From Macrostomum lignano (lineage: Eukaryota), in assembly GCA_002269645.1 (NCBI GenBank), contig NIVC01002421.1:1-64000 (forward strand): a DNA stretch of 64,000 bases, in the 5' to 3' direction. The position numbers and the translations under genes were made by a program. This document shows, piece after piece, positions 34,811 to 48,513 of this stretch (positions within the stretch are counted from its first letter, which is position 1; each line of letters starts with the position of its first letter). Under the pieces are notes generated by a model. That model was not told the origin of the DNA and made no database searches. It saw nothing but the letters and a program-made list of their open reading frames with translations.

Positions 34811-36691
34811 TTACAAGATTTTATACTTGTACAGACAGTAGAACTTTTTATCTTCCTCTCCGTGAGCTCCGTACAGTGCAAGGTCGGCCCCCGGCGGTCC
34901 GGTCCTCACGCTGAAGCTGAACCCGGAGCCCGTCCTGCGGTGCACAGTCTGACTTCCGTCCTGCACCATCACCACTCGGAGGCTGGGGCTGCTCAGCCTG
35001 AAATGGACGTCGCTGTTGGCCCGCAGCTCGCCGTCTCTCGGACCGTCCAGCGTCACCCGCTCCGCCAGCGACCGGGGAAGGAACTCGGGGAACGGCCTTC
35101 GCCGCTCCATCGGCCTGGCGCACTCGATCAGGAAGTTCGCGAGCTCCGGAATGGACCCGCTGTCGGAGCCGACATCCTTGCAGAACAAGGTCAGCCTGTG
35201 GAACCCGCGTCGGTACATCCTGACGCTAACTTTCAGAGCCTTCTTGTCCATCTCGAGTAGCACCGCCTGCTTCTGAGGCTCGCTGTCTTCAGCAAAGTGC
35301 AGGAGCGCGGATGCGGAGACCGGCTGCTGTACAGGCAGCTTCAGCTGCAGCTCACCGGAACTCGCTCTGAGACGGAAGGCTTGCCGGCCTCTGAGCTCAC
35401 TTGAGAAGCCGCATCGTTGCGGGCATCTCAGCAGTCCATAAAAGCCATCAAAGAATTGCGGGAAAGGTCTGAGATCTACCGCTCGTGTTGACCGCAGCTT
35501 GTAAGACACGAAGCCAATGAGATGAGTGGGGTTATCCTCCGTCGTTCCTTGCACTCTGAGCTCCCAGTAGGCTCCACAGGTTGGCGGTCTTGCGGTCACG
35601 GTAACTTCGTTTTTGCGATGATTTAACACAGTGGCAATATACTGGCCACTGCTGATGCTCTCACCTGTACCTGGATTGACGAACTTGGCGCTGAATGCCG
35701 TTAGTGGTCTTCCAGTTCCTTTGAACTTCAGCGTCACCTCACTGTCCACATCAATGAGAGCCTGTTTGTGGGACACAAGCTGCACCTGGTGCTCAATGCC
35801 GGCCTTTTGCCGGCGCACTCGAGAGTGAAAGGTGGCCAGGTCAATCGGCTTCTTCAGCAGCTGCCACTTCTTGCTTCCAGCCATGTCAGAGTTCATGAAG
35901 GGAAAATGATCCTCGATGAACACCTTGGGGTTCGGGAGAAAGTACAAGTCGTTCTCCTGTCTCACAAAATTATTTTTGTCTTTGACAAAACCGGCTCCCC
36001 AGGTGCAATCGATGAGTTTCCATCGGCCGTCGAGCCGCACTGCGTTCCATGCGTGAAATTCAGTGGGGTCGAATGCAGCCTGCTGGTCCCCGGTGACGCC
36101 TGAGTCGTTTTCCTTTGAGTAGCCAGAAATAACTTTGCAGGTAACTCCAAGGATTCTAAAATGTCAGCAAAGTAAGTCTTTGAAGTTGGTTTTACTAATT
36201 CAGACAATAACAAGATGAGCTTACGAGCAGAGCTCAAGCATCAGGTTGGCATAGCCCTCGCAGACGCCGGCTCTGTTCTTCAGCACGGACTCTGCATCGT
36301 TGGGGAGTCTGGCCCGCCGTCCGTAGCGGCCGTCCACGTCAAACCTGCCAAGGCGGCAGTCGATTCTGGTAGACTCTTGACTCATGATTGAAACTAACAG
36401 AAAGCAACCCCTCTTACTCAATGTGAGCAGTGATCCACCTGTACACTGAGCGCACTCTCTCAAGGTCGCTGTTGGCGACTGAGCCGAGATGAGCAGCCAA
36501 GGACTCGAGCGATCGAGTGGCTGCGTATGGAGTCTGCGGGTTTACAAGACCATTGCAGGTAAAAGCAGCTCCACAACAGTGGCCAAACTTCAACATGATG
36601 GCCTTATTTGACTCACCCAGCCGGCTCCGTGGCGGTCAATCAACTTTAACTGCGCTGCCGATTCGAGCTGCGAATCACCAAGACACCTCAT
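34811..36691 (-). CDS. KY/hillarin-like transglutaminase-fold protein (exons 36617-36691?, 36418-36533, 36225-36344, 34811-36155); start uncertain
   Basis: VCEGYA, HAWNAV, LIDCTWG; conserved exon sizes. Confidence 0.85.
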
Positions 36692-39600
36692 TACTTGAAA
36701 TAGCGATTGACTTAGCAACAGGTCTACTCGAAAATGTGTTACTCGTAAAATTACCTAGATACTTCTTAGGTTTTTAAATTATTTATAATCATAATTTTAG
36801 TTCCTTGTTAAAACATTCCAACGTGGATTTATTGTAGAGTTTCCTGTGGCGCCCTCGAGCCCTGCTGTCAGTCTGAGACAAACGCAATGCCTATTTTTAA
36901 AATTATGTCAGAAATTATGTCTGCTAATTTTAGCTACTGACATTTTGTTCACTGCTCCTATTGTGCTTAAGACCCTGTTGCAAAACAGCCTGTACATTGC
37001 CAGCTTGTGCATTCCCTTATCTATACCGCTAGTGAACTCTGCGATGTGTTAAAGCGACCGGCCGCCCTGCCGCTAAATTTTCTCACGTCTAGGAATATCG
37101 CTGCACTTTTTAGCCGTGTGCGATTATGGTCCTGAATATTCGTTTTGGCGCCCTAATGTATAGATGTTGTCCCAGTTAGTGAGGCATTGCTCAAAGTTTT
37201 GACAACAATTAAGCAGAGGTTGTTAAGCAGAACACGTTCGAGTCGAATTGAGCATCTTTTTAACAAAGCACACAGGAAAATAGCTCGGCAGATGCTGGAG
37301 CCACGCGTGCACTGCACAGCCAGGGTAAATCATGGCGCTGGGCAAACACGGGTGGCGAAGTCGGTCGGTCTTGCCCCCCCCTTCCCCGTCTGTATTCAGT
37401 CTGCAGTCCGAGCCTCCACAAAAGCAAGCGAATGCAAATAATGAAGCAAAAAATGAGCGCCGAGGAAAAGGGCGGCCCCGCTCTACAGGCAGCTCATTTT
37501 GTGTGTTCCAAGAAGACCGAATGCGATAGGCCGTCTGACAGCCTGCCTGTCAGGCGGTGAAAGCCACAGTGTTCAGTCGTCTCTCGAGTCAACACGCAAG
37601 CCTCCCTTCTCCATATCTGTGTGCGTCTCAGCATCTGCAAGATGGAGGGGATGAGCTGAGCACATAGAGGGGGGGGGCGTGTATGCAGCGAAAGTAGTTG
37701 CCGGGTGTTTGCGCAGGAACTCACAGATGCTGCTCTCCGGTTTCCCCCGGACGTGACCAAGCAGCGCCGCTCGCTGCCTGCCCCGCAGTCTTCCAAAAAA
37801 CTCCAAAGCCCCTCGCCATCGTGTCACCCCGGAGACTGGGGAGAAACTCCCAGTAGCCTCCAGCGAGAGTGAAACCGAACGCCTGAGAGCAAACATGCAC
37901 CCACCCACCCTGAGCCGGGCTACAGTCTGCAGGCAATCAGGGCCGATGAGACGTCCCAGAATCTCTCGCACTTCATGAAGCCGCATCGGGCTCCGATTTC
38001 TATTGAGATCTGGAGTACTCAGTTTAAAGTTCTGCTTCATCCGTTAATTTCAAGTCTTAAGCTCTGCGTTATTCACGATTCTGGATGAGTTCGCTTGCCG
38101 CCTCAATTTCCTGCTTCAAGCCCGGCTATCTGGCAAGGCTCAAGCGTTCTTCTTCCATAGGTAAAGCAAAAGCTTTCGGCAGGGCTGATCGAGACGGCTC
38201 TCAACCCCCCCTCTTACCTCCGAGTCAACACTGGGCCAAGTTTGCCTCGGCAAATTCTGCCTCTCCTCGCTGCTCCGTGTTTGCCCACCGCCTCCCTTCC
38301 CCGGCCCGTGTTTGCAGTTTGCGAATGTACAACTGCACTGCGGAGCAACAGCTGCTCAGATCGACGTCGCTCAGTCGAAATCGGAGTGTTTGACCGGGCG
38401 GGGGGGGGCGCTGGGGTTGCTGGCCGCGGGCTTTTGTCTCCCTCCAGGCTTGAGGTGAGCAACCAAGGCCATCCAGTCGTCAGGTGCTCAAAGAACGGCC
38501 GATGCAGATAAGATTAGTCAAAAAAGTCATCAAAATTCATGCAAATTTTCACTGGAATACCCAGCAACAAATTTATTTATGACTTAAGAGCTGCAGGTGA
38601 AAATGAGAAAAAAGGAGCCTAGTGAACAGAGTCTTCAGTCTGGTCTTTGCCGGACTGCTGAAAGTGCGAGCGATTCGCAATACTCGTAGTGAAGCAGATT
38701 ATTGCTACAGTAAGCCAAAGCGCAGAGTGCAGGGGGGGGGGGTCAGACACGTTGCTCAGTGGACTGGCTTATGGTAAGACTCGGCACAGCTGATGCTCTA
38801 AGCAGCGAACCAATTAAGCGGCATTCGAAATGCCTGTTCGCTTTGCGCACTGTGTGGAATTTCAGCTATGCCAAAATCTTGCCTTATGCGCCTGTACGAG
38901 TAACACCTGAGTGTGTCACCTGCTTTAGTCCACAGAATTAGTTCGGGCGGGACGGTGAGGCGCATCTCAGCCTCCGCAAATTGACTTGGCCTGCAGTCAG
39001 TTTACGGATTTCGGCGGCGCGAGAGAGGAGGCTGGACAGCTAGGCCAGATGAAGAGTGAGTTGCTAGCTTACCGCACAATAACGATGCAGACAGCTGGGA
39101 TGACGCTGCGCCGAGTCGGACGGCCGCCTGGCCAGGCATTTTATACTCCACCGGACCCTGATGGCCCGCCGGGCTCTAGGAGTGCCGGTTTGGGCCGGGG
39201 CCCGCCGGCTTTTTTTCTGCATTTCCGTCTTCTGCAGTCCGGGGCGCTGTATTAATAGCCTATTAGTAGGCGAGCGCAGGCCCGCAGCGCCACCCTCAGA
39301 CGCGGACCCGAAATCGGGACACGGGCGGCGGGACTTGGCTTTCCTCCGTTTAGCTCGCTTTATTTATGGGGGCCACAACTGGAGGGAGGGCGGCTGCAAG
39401 GGGTGGGCGATGTGGCCCAGTTCTGTGCCTGAGGGAGGCCACACACACACATTTGCAATACACACTGGGGTTCTGAGCACCCCTGCCTCCCCTCTTGCTT
39501 GCGAGAAGGTAAACTTGCGGAGACTGCCTGCACGGGGGGAGGGGTTCGTCCAGTTGGGTCAGGATGGAAGAAGAGGAAAGGCCTGGGGCTTTCAAACTGA

Positions 39601-42300
39601 TTGGAGGCACCGTGCAATGAACGCGACGAGTTCCCGATACGCGGGGCGAGCCAGTTCTTGTGTTTGCCAAAAGAAAACAGTCTTGCCTGGGTGCCATTTT
39701 TTCTTCTTCTGCCTGGCTTCTAGCAGCACTGCGTAGAGTTGGAAGAGGCGGCTTTGGGAGGCTGAATGGGACGCGGATCCCGGCTCTCAGGCTCTGAGGC
39801 CAGCACAGCGGAGCAGGCGGTGGGAACCTGTGTTGATTAGCCCAGCGAGCCAGTTGAAAATATATTGCCTGCCCGACAGCCAGACCGATTTAATTTGCAA
39901 TTACCTGCGCTGCGCGGCCACTCCAGGTAGCCGGGAGTCGGGGGAAGGGGGGGCTGCGGTCGAGCCATTGCGCTGGGTTGGGGAAGAAATGCGAATGGGG
40001 AAAATTACTGCGCAGTCCCGATTTAAAATCCCCTGCCGGGAGTCAGGAAGTTGGGGTGGCGCGCAGTCAGTCGGACCCTATTGGGCCTCGAGTCACAGGG
40101 AGGGTCACAGGCCCACGAAGCCTCGCGGTCACCGGTGTTGACTCGCGAGACACGAGAGGACTTAATGGATTCGGAACGGCCTCCAGTGCGCCAGGCTGAG
40201 TGGTGGCCGGCGGCTTGTCAGAGATCGGCAAACAGAAATGTTGAGGTGGGTCAGGCGAGCCCCAAGTCAAACAGCACTTGAACCGCAGCGGTAAGGCTTG
40301 TGATGCTGTGGCTGGGGGCACGGGACCCCCCACGGCGGCCGGGCGCCACCCCCACGGGTCGGAAATTAACGGAGATAGAGGCTGGGAGCTGCGGCGTCTT
40401 TGGACGACTCGGCACTGCAGAACGCAGAAGCTTGCAGCAAAATTGGGCCGTCCATTATCTTGGATTCGCCGCTGCTCTCCCCTTGTTCTGGATTCTGGTC
40501 TCCGCGGGAATTAATCAGAATTAGCATTGCCAGGCCCGACTTGCACACTTTCCCGTTTGAAACAATCTAGAATAAACTGCTTTCAGACACAAAATATCGC
40601 TTTATAGCCGGCGGCAAGCCCAGCGGCTGCCCCCCTCCGAATATCCGCTCGCGTGTAGCGGGCCTTCCCAATCGCGCTTTTATAGGCAAGGCGTTTTTCG
40701 CATCGAAAAAATGCATTAGGACCCAGCCGGAGCGGGTGAGGATCTGAAAAAAGCCCACCTGTCGTAACTGAAAGAGAGAGAGAGGAAAATACAGACGAAA
40801 TTGGAACCGGGGGCCCAGGAGGCAGAGGTGATGCAGCTCCTCGGCTTCTTCTGCCCCATTCTCTCCTCTCCCTATCGGCCCCGTGTTGTCCGTATAAACA
40901 CTGCAGCATGCGTGCGTGGAGGGCCCACAGAGGAGGGAGAGAAGCAGAGCTAAGAGAAACACTGAGAGAGAGGCGCTCGAAGTCGCGCACAAAGCGGAGA
41001 GCAGGCCGGCCAGCCAGCAGCCATCTGGTAAAACAGGCTTGGGGGCGGCGACAGCGTTTGAATAAACAGCGCGGGCCTTCGAGAGGCGGCAGAGTCGCTG
41101 CGCTGTGTGTGTGCAGTGCGTGCGGCCGCTCAGCCTGTTTGCCCTGCAGCCCGCCAGCCAATTCATTGCAACTTTCCCCTCCAACCAGCAGTTTTTTGCT
41201 AGTCAGCGCCCCCCCCCTGAGGCGGAACACACATGGCTGGCAACTGCAAAAGAGCCGCGAGGAAGCAGCAGGGACGACTGACTTGTTTGGCACTGGGCGG
41301 CCTCACATCCGCCTACCTTTCAATTGCTGGCGGGATGACACCCTGCGCCGGAGGGCCCGGAATCGCTAATCGCTTTCGACGCGCAGGAGGCTGGGGGGAT
41401 GCGACCTGCAGCCGCTCCCACATCTTTATCTGCCATTTTGGGTTTTTAACGGGAATGGCAGAAATACACTACAACTCCCACCGGCAGCTTCAAGTGCCGC
41501 CATCTGCTGAATGCCGGCTGGCCTGCCCGGGCAGAACACGAGACGGCCCATCGTGCAGCAGGTCAAGTGACAGCGCCCTGTGCACGGGGGAGGCAGGGTG
41601 CGTTGATTGACAGGCCTGGCTTTCACTCTCCCAGTGAACTGTCCTCGCGCCTCAAGAGGCTCGAGAAGCGCGTTGCTGCCGGCCCAGGCGGATGCGGAAT
41701 TGGCAGCGGCGCCCGGGGCCACTCCGCACCCCAATGCAGGCCCAGGTTGCCCGGCACTGGGGGGAGACTCTCCCAAGCCGGCCAATCAATGCAATCGATC
41801 GCAGGCCTCCCCCCAGCTCCGCCCTCTCCCTCAGGCTGGCGACCGTCTTGCGAAGCTGCAGCGCCCACCCAGCCGGCCGCTTAATGCGCATTAAAAAAGG
41901 CGCCCCACCCCCATCAATCCAATCTCTGCGAGGCATCATCGATGCGGACTCGCCGGGAAAGGCCTGCAGCTGCAACTGCAGCTCGGCCCGGCTCTAACAT
42001 AGCTGAGACTGAGTCCTCCGTGCACTTTAATGTAAGTATGCGCCAGAGAAGATGGCCTAACGCTGGCGGACTGGAACTCTTGAAATTAATAATAAGATAA
42101 ACTAAATCTAGCTCTATACCTGCAATGAACCCTGTCCAAGTACGTGTGGGGTGTACAGAAGTCTGCACACGGAAGGCTGATAGATTTCTTTACTGAATAA
42201 AATAAGCGTATTCTATCCTATGACCTATGCCATCATTCTAAGTACAGTCACTCCTAAGTCATTCATTCATTAAATTTGATCGCTGACCCCCACGGTTCAC

Positions 42301-42531
42301 TTGGGAGGACAACACCAACACGCTTACCCTCACAGGTCACTTTCTTCGGAGGATAACACGCTACCCGCACCGGTCACTTCGGAGGACAACACGCTACCCC
42401 CACCGGTCACTTCGGAGGACAACACGCTTACCCCCACCGGTCACTTCGGAGGACAACACGCTACCCCCACCGGTCACTTCGGAGGGCAACACGCTACCCC
42501 CACCGGTCACTTTGGAGGGCAACACGCTACC
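42301..42531. repeat. 33-bp tandem repeat, ~6 copies
   Basis: CGGAGGACAACACGCTACCCCCACCGGTCACTT. Confidence 0.9.
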
Positions 42532-43159
42532 TGACCTCGACTTTCTTATCTTCAGCAGGTACACATGCTCTGCGCCATGTGGTCGGCCTTCAGGGCAGCG
42601 AGTCGCACGACTCATCCGGGCCAATTTCCGTGAGCCAGCTCGATTTGCTCGATTTTAAAATCTGCCAGTTAACAAATTCTTTTTAATTACGTAACAACAG
42701 CTTTTCAAGCCTGGTTGCTAAGTGTGGAAACTCAATGAGCTCGGCCGGTTGTGTACACTGTATTTAAAACCAACAAGCGCTGGAATAAAAATATGAATAA
42801 TGCAGGAACACACGAATAATGATAAAGGTATATTTTGTCTGATAAGGCGCACATAAAACACTGAGGCCTGACAGTCCCGAGGGCAGAGAGAAAATATCTC
42901 AAACGGAGAACTGCGCAAAACCATCAATAAAATAATGACTTAGGCCTGGGTAACCATGGCAACCGTCAGGCTGGCAAACTGGAAATATTAATAATTTGAA
43001 AAAAAATCAGGAACTCAGAAGAACTGCATAGTTAAAAGGCTGGCAAAATTGCGAAAGCGTTGAAATACCGAAAAAAATGACAAAGAAAAACATTCAGACC
43101 AATGACTAAAAACCTACGGTTGATAGCAGTGCAACGATTAGTTACTTCTCTTGGAAGAG

Positions 43160-43817
43160 GGTCAAGTGACCCCAACAGTCCCTTAATCACCTTGGCAGTA
43201 GGGGTCAAGTGACCCCAACAGTCCCTTAATCACCTTGGCAGTAGGGGTCAGGTGACCCCAACAGTCCCTCAATCACCTTGGCGGGAGGGGTCAGGTGACC
43301 CCAACAGTCCCTCAATTACCTTGGACGGAGGGGTCAGGTGACCCCAACAGTCCCTCAATCACCTTGGACGGAGAGGTCAGGTGACCCCAACAGTCCCTCA
43401 ATCACCTTGGCGGGAGGGGTCAGGTGACCCCAACAGTCCCTCAATTACCTTGGACGGAGGGGTCAGGTGACCCCAACAGTCCCTCAATTACCTTGGACGG
43501 AGAGGTCAGGTGACCTCAACAGTCCCTCAATCACCTTGGCGGGAGGGGTCAGGTGACCCCAACAGTAACTCAATCAGCTTGGCGGGAGGGGTCAGGTGAC
43601 CCCAACAGTAACTCAAACAGCTTGGCGGGAGGGGTCAGGTGACCCCAACAGTAACTCAATCAGCTTGGCGGGAGGGGTCAGGTGACCCCAACAGTCCCTC
43701 AATCACCTTGGACGGAGGGGTCAGGTGACCCCAACAGTAACTCAATCAGCTTGGCGGGAGGGGTCAGTTGACCCCAACAGTCCCTCAATCACCTTGGACG
43801 GAGGGGTCAGGTGACCA
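43160..43817. repeat. 43-bp tandem repeat with internal palindrome GGGGTCA-NN-TGACCCC
   Basis: Direct inspection, ~15 copies. Confidence 0.92.
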
Positions 43818-43895
43818 CAATCCCCTCTCTGCGAAGCCCGAGAAGAATCAAGAATAGAAAAATGAAATAAAAATCAGAAACCGGCCAGCAGTGAA

Positions 43896-46800
43896 TCAAT
43901 AGTCCTGCAGATCCGTCATGGCGGCGAAGTGGTCCAGCGCCTCCGGGTTGGCCACTGCGTTCCGGTTCAGCACCGGCTCCGACTGCAGCAGCTGGCGCAC
44001 CGCCAGCTCCACCTTCTTGCCCGAGAAAGTGTACGGCACCAGCTCGGCGGCGCGGACAACCGCGGGCACGTGGCGCGGCGACAGCTGGGCCCGGATCGCC
44101 GACTTGATGCGCGACTCCAGCTCGGGCGTCAGCGCGGACGGGCCGTCAGCCAGCCGCAGGAACAGCAGCACCCGCTCGTCAGAGGAACGCCGGCTGGTCT
44201 GGGCCACACACAGCGAGTCGGCGACTTCAGGGAAGGCATCTACGACCTGGGGATCGGGTGGGAGGTTCGCGGGTCAATGAAGGTCAGCTCTTCTGCTAGA
44301 TCCCCCCGTTCATCTGGTAGATCCCCCCGCCAGCTCACCTGGTAGATCCCCCCAGCTCATCTGGTAGATCCCCCCAGCTCACCTGGTAGATCCCCCAGCT
44401 CACCTGGTAAATCCCCCCCAGCTCACCTGGTAGATCCCCCCAGCTCACCTGGTAGATCCCCCCAGCTCACCTGGTAGATCCCCCCAGCTCACCTGGTAAA
44501 TCCCCCCAGCTCACCTAGTAGATCCCCCCAGCTCATCTGGTAGATCCCCCCAGCTCACCTGGTAGATCCCCCAGCTCACCTGGTAGATCCCCCCAGCTCA
44601 CCTGGTAAATCCCCCCCAGCTCACCTGGTAGATCCCCCCAGCTCACCTGGTAAATCCCCCAGCTCACCTGGTAGATCTCCGCGCTGCCGAAGCGGACCCC
44701 ATTGGGGTTGAGGGTGCCGTCAGACCGGCCGAGCATTCGAATGCCGCGAGTCCGCGGGTTCACCGCACAGAAGTCGCCGTGTGTCCAGACTCCGCCACCG
44801 AAGCCGCTGAAGTAGGCGGCCCGGTACTTCCGGCCGTCCGGCTCGTCCGCCCAGAACCGGACAGGCTGGCTGGGGAACGGCCGGACGCAGACAAGCTCGC
44901 CGCGCTCGCCGGACACTGGCCGGCCGGAGCCATCCCAGCACTGGACGGCCATGCCGAGGTTGGGGGACTGGATCTCGCCAGCGTGCACCGGCAGGGTCGG
45001 GTTGCTGCCGGCGAAGCAGCCGACGATGTCGGTGCCTCCAGTGATGCTGCCGAGCAGCAGGTCGGAGCCGAGGCGGCTGTACACGTAGCGGAAGGTGGAG
45101 GCGGCCAGCGGCGAGCCGGTGCTCAGCAGGCAGCGAAGGCGGCGCGGCGGCTCCGGCGGCTGAAAGTCGGCGGCCTCCAGCACGGCGAGCCACTTGGCGC
45201 TGGCGCCGAGAACGGTGGTGCCGCAGGCCTCGACGAGGCGCCAGACGGCCTCCCGGCTGGGCAGCAGCGGCGAGCCGTCGTAGAGGACGAGAGCGGCGCC
45301 GGCGGCCAGGCCAGAAACTGCCCAGTTCCACATCATCCAGCCGGTGGAGGTGAAGTAGAACAGGGTGTCAGCCGGGCCGAGGTCCGCGTGCAGCCGGTGC
45401 TCCTTGGCGTGCTGCAGGAGGCTGCCGCCGGCGCCGTGCACCAGGCACTTGGGCGGCCCGGTGGTGCCGGAGCTGTACAGGATGTACAGCGGCTGTTCGA
45501 ACGGCAGCGGCGTCAGCTGCAGCTGCGGCGGCTGCTGCTGGCCAGAGGGACTGGCAGCGGCCTCGACAGCGTCGTCGTACCAGACGAACCGCGGATCGCC
45601 GTCCGGCAGGCCGCCGGCAGAGCCGGGCTCGCCGGGAAGGCCGCGGACAACCAGCACTTGGCGAAGGCTGGGCAGCTTGACGGCTGCCTGTTAAATATAA
45701 AAGTACATTTTCGGCTTAATTGCTTTCATAATGACATGGCAGTACAAGGCCAAGAAATATAGCAGTTATGATTGATTGCAGGAGCTGGGGTTGCCGGCAC
45801 CCTGGCGCAACGTCTTCGGCGACGCAAAAGGTCACTATCGGGCATAGAAAAAGTGTCATTTTCGGCACAAAAATAGCATAGACACAGATCACATGCTCAT
45901 ATTTTAATCTTAGAAATAGAAACGATTTCTAAAGTTAGCGAATGCTCTTGGATTTCGGAAATGACGTAATATAACTTTTTTATTTGATTCCTCTTTAATC
46001 AATCTCATGTTAGGCATGAGACTACTGATAAGTTAGTAAGTAAGTAGTACCGGCGCATTTTAAGACTACATGTAAATTAGCGATCCAATCTACATTTTAT
46101 CAGATGATGGACTTTCTGGTGCCAGCCTCATATGGTTTTGAAGTAATTAAAACCCAAAAAACTCTAACCATCCTACTTGAGTAAGTAGAAAGTTAAGCAG
46201 TAGTACAATTACTTTTCTTTAACACTGTCTGTCAAGTTACAACGTGATGATCAATGGGGCGCAACCATAGATCTTATATATGATTTTTGGGCGCAACCAG
46301 TTTCCAAATTCTTTGCTTGACTAATACTCCATAGCGACTACTGATGACTCAATAAGTAGTAGCTTTGGCTCATTTGAATAAGAAATTTACTCAAGTTAAA
46401 ATTAGGTTTGCCTGTGTTGGCTGGAGGCATCACAAACACGAAAAATCACAACTCCGAAAATCGCTTTCCGAAATATCAACCGAAATATAAATCCGAAATA
46501 TCACAAACCCGAAATATCACAAACCCGAAATATCACAAACCCGAAATATCAAAAACCCGAAATATCATAAATCCAAAATTGCTAGCAATGCACATAACAA
46601 ACCGGAAAAATCACAACTCCGAAACCCAAAATAGCATTTCCCATCATAAACCCGAAAAATCACAGTTTTCGGAGTTTCGGAGTTATGACATTTCGGATTT
46701 ATGATGGGAAATTTTGGGTTTCGGAGTTGTGATTTTTCCGGTTTGTGATGGCGACCCGTTACGACCCGGGGACAGAGAGAGTACTCAGGTTTAAGGGCCA

Positions 46801-47451
46801 ACACACGAGGCACATAGCATGAGCACTGCCTGATGATCTAAGTGTCGGGGGCCGCTCCCTTGATAGCTTTGAAGCCTTTGAAGCTCACCTGAGCAGCCTT
46901 GGCCAGGCCGTCGTGCACCTTGCCGCCGTAGCGCACCCGGTCGACAGCCAGCAGCACGGCGGGCTCCACCTGGCCGAACCTGTCCAGCACGGCTTGCACG
47001 CCGAAGTCCGGCGAGGCGGAGGTCCAGATGGCGCCCAGCCCGGCGCAGGCCAGCAGGCCGACCACCGCCTCGGCGCCGTTGGGCAGCCAGCCGGCCACGC
47101 GGTCGCCTCGACTGACGCCGGCGGCCAGCAGCGCTGCCTGCAGGTTGGCGGTCCGCTGGCGCAGCTGGCCGAAGGTGACGACCTCCGTGGGCGCGGCGTC
47201 GCCCTCGCGGCAGGTCAGCAGGGCGGGCTTGTCGGCGGGCCAGTCGGCCAGCAGGTTATCGGCGTAGTTGAGCTCGGCGCCGGGGAACCAGCGCGGCAGG
47301 TCGGCCGGCCGGCTGTCCGGATCTACAACTGGCGGCTGGCCGGAGTCGGACGGGCCGCCGCGAGCGAAGCAAAGTCCGCAGTGGCGGGCGAGGGCGGCCC
47401 AGAAGACGGTCGGCTTGGTGACAGACCAGTTGTGCAGAGCCCAGTAGTTGG
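43896..47451 (-). CDS. AACS: Acetoacetyl-CoA synthetase (exons 46889-47451, 44668-45687, 43896-44246; first exon not located)
   Basis: RWFPGAELNYADNLL, LYILYSSGTTGPPKCLVH, GSITGGTDI, WTHGDF, GRSDGTLNPNGVRFGSAEIY, PYTFSGKKVELAV. Confidence 0.92.
44300..44667 (-). repeat. 21-23 bp tandem repeat made of the AACS exon end plus 5' splice site (TACCAG|GTGAGCTGGGGG)
   Basis: ~16 units, about 13 retaining AG|GTGAGC. Confidence 0.9.
46426..46752. mobile_element. Small foldback/MITE-like element in an AACS intron
   Basis: ~33-bp imperfect terminal inverted repeats (CATCACAAAC..GAAAAATCACAACTCCGAAA) and internal AAACCCGAAATATCAC repeats; TSD not identified. Confidence 0.55.
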
Positions 47452-48513
47452 CTGCGGTTAAAAATCAGATTTTGCTATTGATAAACTTTATTGGTTGAAC
47501 ATTTCTAATTCTTGGAAAAAAATGGAGGCTCAAAATCGCCTGGAGACCCCAGCAAGTCAGCTGGTCGTGCCAAACAGGTAGCTTCTCTAGCATGGGATTT
47601 CCAATATTCACCAAGCCTCACTATAGAATCATGCCCTTGGAAGGGCATTACACATGCTGCATCCTAAAAGATTGAGCTTGGAAGAAGCAAGACAACATCT
47701 AAGTTCAAAGAAACTCTGAGACCACAACCAATTTGTTCATGAGCAATCCTGTCATTACCTCAATCTAAAGCTTAATTTACCTTTAATGGGCAGATTAATT
47801 TTATTTATAATAATCTAGTAAATGACCTGATACTGGTAGTTAGGAATAAAAACTTACTAAATGATTTTCCATATTGTTCTTCAACAAATTTAGCAAACTT
47901 TCCAATGTTAGTTTCAGCAAATGGTTTAGTAGGTGTCCAAAGACACTCATCTGAGGTCATGTCCAATGCATCTGCCATGGCTAAAAATTAGCATTGGCTT
48001 AATGGCTGCTAGAGCTGCAAGGTAAAAGTATACTCAAGATAGTTATTTTTAATTAAAGCAAATAAATTCATTTTGTACAAAAAAACAATATATGAATAAA
48101 TTGTAATAAATTGTAATAAATACAAAACATTTATTTGCCAATGTATTAAATAAAAACCAATAGGCAATAGTTCAATCATAAAATTTTATATTTAAGTATA
48201 ATTATAATATATCATGAGCAATATTTTATCTTCTTTGGAAAAGGCAAGAAAGTTACTCAAATTTTACAAATTTACCCTATATAGAAAGTCATGTATAGTC
48301 ACTATTGGTAATTTCTAGGATTCTAACAGTTTTATTGTTACATGTCTATATAGAAGCCTAATTTCATAGAACTTCTAAAATTGAATCATAAAAACTTTAG
48401 AAAAAAATGCAAATTTAGTGAAAGTCAATTATTTTTTTTATAAAGTCCATTTTATATTGTTGAAAACATAATATATATCAATATATGGTTAGTCAACTAT
48501 CTTAATAAACTAT

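Noticed and set aside
42301-43817. CRISPR-like arrays (regular palindromic repeats)
   Set aside because: Inter-palindrome sequences are themselves repeated rather than unique spacers; eukaryotic context; no cas genes
44720-47461. Long overlapping and antisense ORFs over AACS (also over the ankyrin, MCT and PGLS exons)
   Set aside because: Expected shadow ORFs of very GC-rich coding exons
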